From: Eledone cirrhosa
Lineage: Eukaryota
Direction of reading: 5' to 3'
DNA length: 64,000 nucleotides
Assembly: GCA_964016885.1 (NCBI GenBank)
Contig: OZ024752.1
Coordinates: 49,290,001-49,354,000, forward strand
Shown piece after piece: positions 59,201 through 64,000 of the stretch. Numbering within the stretch: position 1 is the stretch's first letter; each line of letters opens with the position of its first letter. A model generated the notes under the pieces. That model did no database searches and was not told the origin of the DNA. It saw nothing but the letters and a program-made list of their open reading frames with translations. The position numbers were made by a program, and so were the translations under genes.

Positions 59201-59694
59201 AGGCTATTACACCCCTCTCTATCGGGGCAGGCCCCTACGTAGTCCCAGCGTGCATCTAGGATACCATTCCAGTCCCCCACTAATAGCAAGGAGCGGGACG
59301 TCCCTAGAAAAGTCTCCAGACGATGGAAGAAGTCCGGCCGCATTGACCCGAAAGGGCCGTAGGCGGCTACCAACCTAAACGCTCCGCCTTTACCACTGCC
59401 AAGGTCCAGAACCACTAGTCGACCCTCCGGGTCCAAATGTACCATCTGTGTTGCGAGACCCAGATGTTTTTGCAGCAGAACGACAACTCCACCCCCACCT
59501 CCAGGCTGACAGAGAGATGCGTGCATCTCAAAGTCATCAAAGGTGGGGGCCAGCTGTCGCACGCTGCTGATCCGGGCCTCGCAAATAACCATCACATCTA
59601 TACGTTGTGACCTGAGGTCATTTAGAAGCATTGCTTGCTTCCAAGTTGAGCCCAGGCCACGCGCATTTAAACAGCCTACTCTTAGCATAGCCAT
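56257..59694 (-). CDS. LINE ORF2: AP-endonuclease + reverse transcriptase + C-terminal zinc finger
   Basis: APE motifs LNARGL, GDWNG, SYLDRF, SDH; L1/Tx1-type GPGYWKLN; RT motifs KSPGLDG, FRPITLLN, LDQSKAFDRV, RQGCPLS, YADD; CPRC..ETVAHALVHC. First ATG at 59694 (the track starts at a GTG at 59718). Confidence 0.97.
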   Translation of the reverse strand: MAMLRVGCLNARGLGSTWKQAMLLNDLRSQRIDVMVICEARISSVRQLAPTFDDFEMHASLCQPGGGGGVVVLLQKHLGLATQMVHLDPEGRLVVLDLGSGKGGAFRLVAAYGPFGSMRPDFFHRLETFLGTSRSLLLVGDWNGILDARWDYVGACPDREGCNSLKGLIGRFDLADRYRLDFPTAPTWTWANRSGSSRSYLDRFLVRIKDKDFLSCPKMRIVGYSDHKLVTCMVNLDRTHRQGPGYWKLNLSLPASRAYRNRISTLVKERLTGAIVNSRWWVSLKREIRVVSIEFSKVLAADRNRKERELIDRVEEAIRSGDVARVLASRTALSQFFDAKHEGCVVRSKIRALGNEGTKAVSWARVTEANSGTKSTIRSLRDLDGRAILEPKQMCEAFQRHFARLFGRGGEPVGNVDFGPYLDGLPRLSDREAKSCEEPISAAEIEDVLSQCGKRKSPGLDGLPYELYLAMPDLFPDLLEAVYCNWQQNGRIPCTVTKGVVTLVRKDENKGDEISNFRPITLLNTELQILAKVLAKRLALVVGNLVGDAQTCAIPSRSIHDNLHLMRYIIERVGNEPGFGGALINLDQSKAFDRVDHGYLDAVLAAAGFGAVFRGWITAMHSSRICSRVKVNGYLSEPFKIARSIRQGCPLSSLLYVLTLEPLLRKLELLQGIPLEPGLRKAVSAYADDVTVMVSTASEIEAVGTLLEEYEKFTGAKLNRDKSIGLQLGTWRGRPMPSDSVVGRWTEGPVKLLGVWFGPDLQVEKNWAEVTNRVFALTQKWASCKLSLKGRAEVANTYIASVIYYRLTVVPCPRETLTKMERALFQFLWKRRAPMVRRSICCQHPSKGGLGMPWLMMRKHALRLRHLYVFLTGQPVWASFVRRTFPRLVSLTELQSWVKQRPRKLGAWHTECAQALTALWQADPVISGDSTATFYRGLVRSRCDDALGEALDMEEDELASLFGRTFSPGPMDNFQKSLAWQCYRGALPVRERLYRHGRPGRDPAKKICPRCVCDEETVAHALVHCSGVADLWGYVEQLLSRVGPIRLTTESIVMIKPPPPFKDEAEAVFLCVIAMAKEVVWWTRLKGLRSGTFLSGQQLVRFFRYHFGRRIRMEREVLHPSRFYERWVKVARMARVNGPSLYIRL

Positions 59695-59718
59695 GTTGGT
59701 GGTGAAGAGAAAAGGCAC

Positions 59719-61500
59719 TTACCTCTCTGCGTCCCGGGTATCGGGCTGCACAATTTCCATTAGGGTGGGGGATGGGTTGTTGGGTGGGGTGGTGGTTTGT
59801 GGAAGTGTGGGGGCATCAGTGTGTTGTGTGGTTGGGGAGCTTGGAGTTGTGAGGGTGTTTGGGGAGGGGGTGGGATAGTTTTTTAGGAGGACTCGGTTAA
59901 TGGGCCCGACGCAGGGGGGACCCACGTCCTCTTTAAAATTGTTTTTTAAAGTTTTATAGGTGTCCTGTGGGGCCTTAATCATTTTGAGGTGGGGGAAATC
60001 CCCTGCCTGGGTGAAGTTAGGCCCTTGTGTTTTTATTAGATTGTTGTTGTACACAATGTTTAACAGTTTTTTGTTTCTTGTATTTATGTATGTGTATGCA
60101 TGTTTTTGTTTTTGTGTGGTGTTTTTTGTTTGCTGTTGTGAGCTCTTTTGTGTTGGTGTCAGTGTTATGTTTTGGGGAGGGTTTTTTTTCATTTGTGTGT
60201 CTGAGGTGTGTTTTCTTTTTTTTTTTTTGATTGTGTGGAAGTGCTCCTCCTCGTCTGACGACGAACTAGGGTCATCTTCCGCGTTGGAGGGGAGGGGTAT
60301 ATTTTCGGGTTGTGTTTGCGGTACGGGTGTTTTGGAAATTGTTTTTGTTTTTTGAGTGGAGGGGATGGGTTGGACATTGTTTTGTTTTGGTTTGAGCTGT
60401 GGTGGTTGTTTTTGTAGTGGTTGTTGTGGTGATTGTGTTGGTTGTGCAGTTGTTGGTGGTGTAGGCAGGATTGGGGTTTTCTTATTAAGTTGGGGACAGA
60501 CAGCCCTCAGGTGACCTCTGGTTCCGCAGAGGTAACACGAGGGCCGTCTACCCTCAACGGTAATGTTGATGAAGGTTAGATCATCCAGTATGACGCGTTC
60601 AGGGATCTGGGCGATCCTTTCGGGCCTCATTTGAACTACAAGTTCGAGGCTCGTTCCACTGAACGCGTCACCCGATGCCTTTCCCATGGACACCAGCATG
60701 TCATCCTCCAGGTCCAGAAAACCTGTCAAAACCCACCATATGTCCATAATCGGCAGGATGGTGTGGATTTTTATTTTTTGTGTTCTTCTACCCATGTACG
60801 TAGGGTAGAAGGTGTATGCGGTGGATGTGATTGGTTTGATGGACAGTTTCACTGCTGTGTCCCTGTCCTTCATGAGAATGGATAGACTCCCGTAGAGTCT
60901 ATCCTTCTGAATGAAGGTGATGTCCTTCATGACGTCTTTTAAAACCAGCTCTATCTCGCTCTGTGATGGTTGAGCTGGTTTTTTACTTTTGTTCGAGATT
61001 GTCCTAAACATGACCGTGTTTAGGAGTCTCTGGCTTTTTAGTTCCGGGGGGGAATGGATTGTGAATGAACCATTTTCCCCGTACACTATATATTTTTTCG
61101 CATCCGCCAGTAGCTCCTTCGCTTTTGTTATATCTACTGGCAGATAGTCGAGGGTTTTCCTTGTCGTCTCGGCGAAGGAGAAATTTTGTTTGTTTGTGTT
61201 GTTGTTGTCGTTGGTGGTGTTGTTGTTATCATTGTTGTTGTTGTCACCGTTATTGGTCTTGTTGTTGTTATTGTTATTGTTATTGGTGTTGTTTTCTACC
61301 GTCGCATTGTTGTTGTTGTTGCTGTTGGTTCTTTGGGTTGTTGCCATGGTAACGTCAAGTTGTCGGTTAACAGGTGGAGAGAATTCTTCCTCTGGCTGAC
61401 CTATCTTCTTGACCTCTGCTACTGTGACAGTGGCAGGGGGAAGCTGTAAGTTCATCTTCCCCTTTCCTCCTTCGAATTTTGGTGAAGAAGCTTCGGCCAT
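59719..61500 (-). CDS. LINE ORF1, gag-like nucleic-acid-binding protein with CCHC zinc knuckle
   Basis: 593-aa ORF directly upstream of ORF2; CYLCGTRGHLRAVC = CX2CX4HX4C; N-rich N-terminus, P/Q/T-rich tail, KKKKRK basic patch. Confidence 0.92.
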   Translation of the reverse strand: MAEASSPKFEGGKGKMNLQLPPATVTVAEVKKIGQPEEEFSPPVNRQLDVTMATTQRTNSNNNNNATVENNTNNNNNNNNKTNNGDNNNNDNNNTTNDNNNTNKQNFSFAETTRKTLDYLPVDITKAKELLADAKKYIVYGENGSFTIHSPPELKSQRLLNTVMFRTISNKSKKPAQPSQSEIELVLKDVMKDITFIQKDRLYGSLSILMKDRDTAVKLSIKPITSTAYTFYPTYMGRRTQKIKIHTILPIMDIWWVLTGFLDLEDDMLVSMGKASGDAFSGTSLELVVQMRPERIAQIPERVILDDLTFINITVEGRRPSCYLCGTRGHLRAVCPQLNKKTPILPTPPTTAQPTQSPQQPLQKQPPQLKPKQNNVQPIPSTQKTKTISKTPVPQTQPENIPLPSNAEDDPSSSSDEEEHFHTIKKKKRKHTSDTQMKKNPPQNITLTPTQKSSQQQTKNTTQKQKHAYTYINTRNKKLLNIVYNNNLIKTQGPNFTQAGDFPHLKMIKAPQDTYKTLKNNFKEDVGPPCVGPINRVLLKNYPTPSPNTLTTPSSPTTQHTDAPTLPQTTTPPNNPSPTLMEIVQPDTRDAER

Positions 61501-62192
61501 TTAAAAAAATATTGACTTTTCAACAAGAAAAAACTTTTTTTTTAACTATTTCGCCTAAAGGCGTAGAATATTTTGAGAGACTGACCAGATCAAAGTTTGA
61601 CCTGGCAGTCCCTCTACAAAATGGTACAAAATTTAAAGTTATCAGACAAGAATTTCTATAGAAATTTAAACAGAACTTACTCAGCAAGTTATACGCGTGT
61701 GTCCATCCCAGATTAAATAGATAGATAGATAGATAGATACATAGGTAGGTAAATAGATAGATAGATAAATAAATAGATTTGGTGTCTATTGTTTTATAGT
61801 TGTATCAATTTAATGATCAGAAGAGGTTTTTCATTGATACTTTTTCTTTATTTAATGTTTTAAACATGTCAGCCTGGTCTTAATCAGTTCAGAGATTTGA
61901 TTTCAAAACAGAGAAGATGGAAACCTTTGTGTGTGTTTGTATATGGTGTATTTGTATGTGTGCATTTCTGTGTGTCTGTGTGTGTGTGTGTGTATGTACG
62001 TGTGTGCATGTACGTGTGTGCGTTTGTGTGTCTGTCTGTGTGTCTGTATTTCTGTCTCTTCTTTAACCATTTTTTATACCAACCTGGTTCTGGTTCTATG
62101 AAACAAAGTTGTTCCTGTTTAAATCAAAATCTAACACAATTTCAAGAGAAAAACTGGCACTAGTTTGGTTCTATGAAACAAACCATCCATTT

Positions 62193-62345
62193 TATCATCA
62201 TCATCATCATCATCATATGTCCGCTTTTCCCTGCTTGCAGGGGTGGGACGGGTCCTATTCATCACAGCATCTCTCCACTTGTCACGGTCCCTTGTCATCT
62301 CCACCGTTAGCTTCAGCGATCTGAAGTCTGCTCTCACCACCTCCC
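62193..62345 (-). mobile_element. RTE-like LINE 3' end with (GAT)n tail
   Basis: VVRADFRSLKLTVEMTRDRDKWRDAV..RPTPASREKRT followed by (GAT)n; the same tail ends the SINE at ~32550-32609. Confidence 0.75.
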
Positions 62346-62434
62346 TCTCTCTCTTTCTCTCTCTCTCTAACTCTCTAGAGAGAGAGACTGACTCTGTGTT
62401 ACATAATATTTCTTCAATATAGGTCTCAGACAAT

Positions 62435-62624
62435 ATAATTGCTTTTACTTTTGGCACAAGGCCAGCAATTACCCCAGTGTATTACTGGTACTTTATTTTA
62501 TCGACCCCCGTAAGGATGAAAGGCAAAGTTAACCTCGGCGGGATTTGAACTCAGAATGGCAAGGGCCGTAACTCCATGCGTCAAAGCATGGCATCCAACC
62601 CTCTACCGATACTGCCAATCCACC
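62435..62624 (-). mobile_element. tRNA-derived SINE, family A
   Basis: A and B boxes and body as above. Confidence 0.85.
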
Positions 62625-63251
62625 GATATAATGTTAGTCTCCTATTGGCTCTGGTCTGCTACTAATTACAAACTACATATCTGATGGCAGCTTCTCTATA
62701 AAACTGCTCTCCATTCTACATTAAACTCATCATAAATGATAATCTGCTACTAAATGCACATCTTGCTCAACTATGAAGGATTTCCACTCCACTCCATTAC
62801 TAAATATTCTGTGAGATTACTAATGACTAAATCTGATTTAATTATCTATCCATCATTAAGAATTAAAAGATTTCAGTGTCATCATTTCCCAGAGAATAAG
62901 AATGTGTATGGAGGACTATTTACTTGTCAAACTGAAAGAATGGTTTATTTTTCTTCTTCCGTGTGTTCTTTTCCATTAAAGCATTAGTAAGTTAGGTAGA
63001 TCTTCAAATTTTGACATATACAAAGATTAGCTGCCGACGGATATGGTCTTTAAGGTGTTATGCTGTCATTAACAGGAAGATCAGCTGTTTATATCATATC
63101 AATGGCACTATATGACTTCTCCAGTGCTCCTCTCTCACCGTCCTCAGGGAAAATGCCTTCTCTATTCTGTCCGCCGGGGTCGCGGAGCAGCCAGGCCACC
63201 AGGGCTGGCTTTGTGGTGGCCAGCGCATGGGCCTTCAATTGCTCATAATTG

Positions 63252-63479
63252 TGAGAGATGGGGAGAGCTGGAGAGGCAGTGACAGTGGGAGTTTGGTTCC
63301 TTTGTGTTCGGACCTGGTGTATATGAGAGATGGAGAGAGCAAGAGAGATGGAGGCAGTGACAGTGGGAGTTTGGTTCCTTTGTGTTCGGACCTGGTGTAT
63401 ATGAGAGATGGAGAGAGCAAGAGAGATGGAGGCAGTGACAGTGGGAGTTTGGTTCCTTTGTGTTCGGACCTGGTGTATA
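63252..63479. repeat. 78-bp tandem repeat, 3 copies
   Basis: GGCAGTGACAGTGGGAGTTTGG at 63275, 63353, 63431. Confidence 0.9.
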
Positions 63480-64000
63480 AGTATGTTTCATGGACACACA
63501 CTCAGTGTCACTGGTGGTAGCCCTTTTTTGCTTACCCTGTGTTAAATAATTACAATAAAATAAAGCAACAGGAATATCATACACCAATTATTGTGTGTAC
63601 ATATCGATGGTAAACATCAGACACTAAAGATCAGACACTAATGGGGTTTGTTATGTTAGGAAGGGAATCCAGCTGTAGAAGCCAAGCCAAAGTGACTTCT
63701 GTATGAGCATTAAAACTACAAACCTACTTCACAGCCACCATTAAATCTACTTCGCTCTTCACAGCCACCATTACCACCATCACAACCATCAAGCCACCAC
63801 CACCACCACCACCACCAACACCACAGCCACTACAACCCTCAAGACCACCACCACCATCACCATTAAAACTACTCCCCACTTCACAACCACCACCACCAAG
63901 ACCACCACCACCACCACCACCAACACCATCCCTCCAACCACCACTACCAACACCATCCCTCCAACCACCGCTACCATCAACACCACCACCATCAACACCA

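Larger units (their letters stand above)
55993..61713 (-). mobile_element. Full-length, apparently intact L1/Tx1-type non-LTR retrotransposon
   Basis: Two uninterrupted ORFs, ~210-nt 5'UTR, ~260-nt 3'UTR with AATAAA at 56000-56005 (minus), candidate 10-bp TSD TAAATAGATA at 55983-55992 and 61714-61723; GC content far above the flanks. Confidence 0.92.

Noticed and set aside
56338-61661. Plus-strand and alternative-frame ORFs over the LINE
   Set aside because: Shadow ORFs of ORF1/ORF2

Overview
Eukaryotic, extremely AT-rich, microsatellite-dense DNA with no recognisable host gene; the SINE and repeat content resembles octopus/cephalopod genomes (inference, not tested). Almost all ORFs in the track are artefacts of (TA)n/(CA)n/(TC)n repeats. 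The only real coding sequence is retrotransposon-derived: an apparently intact ~5.7 kb L1/Tx1-type LINE (minus strand, ORF1 with CCHC knuckle plus APE-RT ORF2) sitting in a (TAGA)n-like tract, and 5'-truncated CR1- and RTE-type fragments. There are two tRNA-derived SINE families and several minisatellites. The most striking signal is non-coding: about 13 complete and several partial hammerhead-ribozyme motifs from 4-5 short element families (Penelope-like pseudo-LTR or retrozyme-like), lodged in (TA)n tracts and often arranged as fold-back inverted pairs. They include a U3-A8 core variant and a family with a ~115-nt stem II. A candidate HDV-like ribozyme and a palindromic element with two convergent tRNA-like promoters are also present. 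All structures were read by eye; none was computed or tested.
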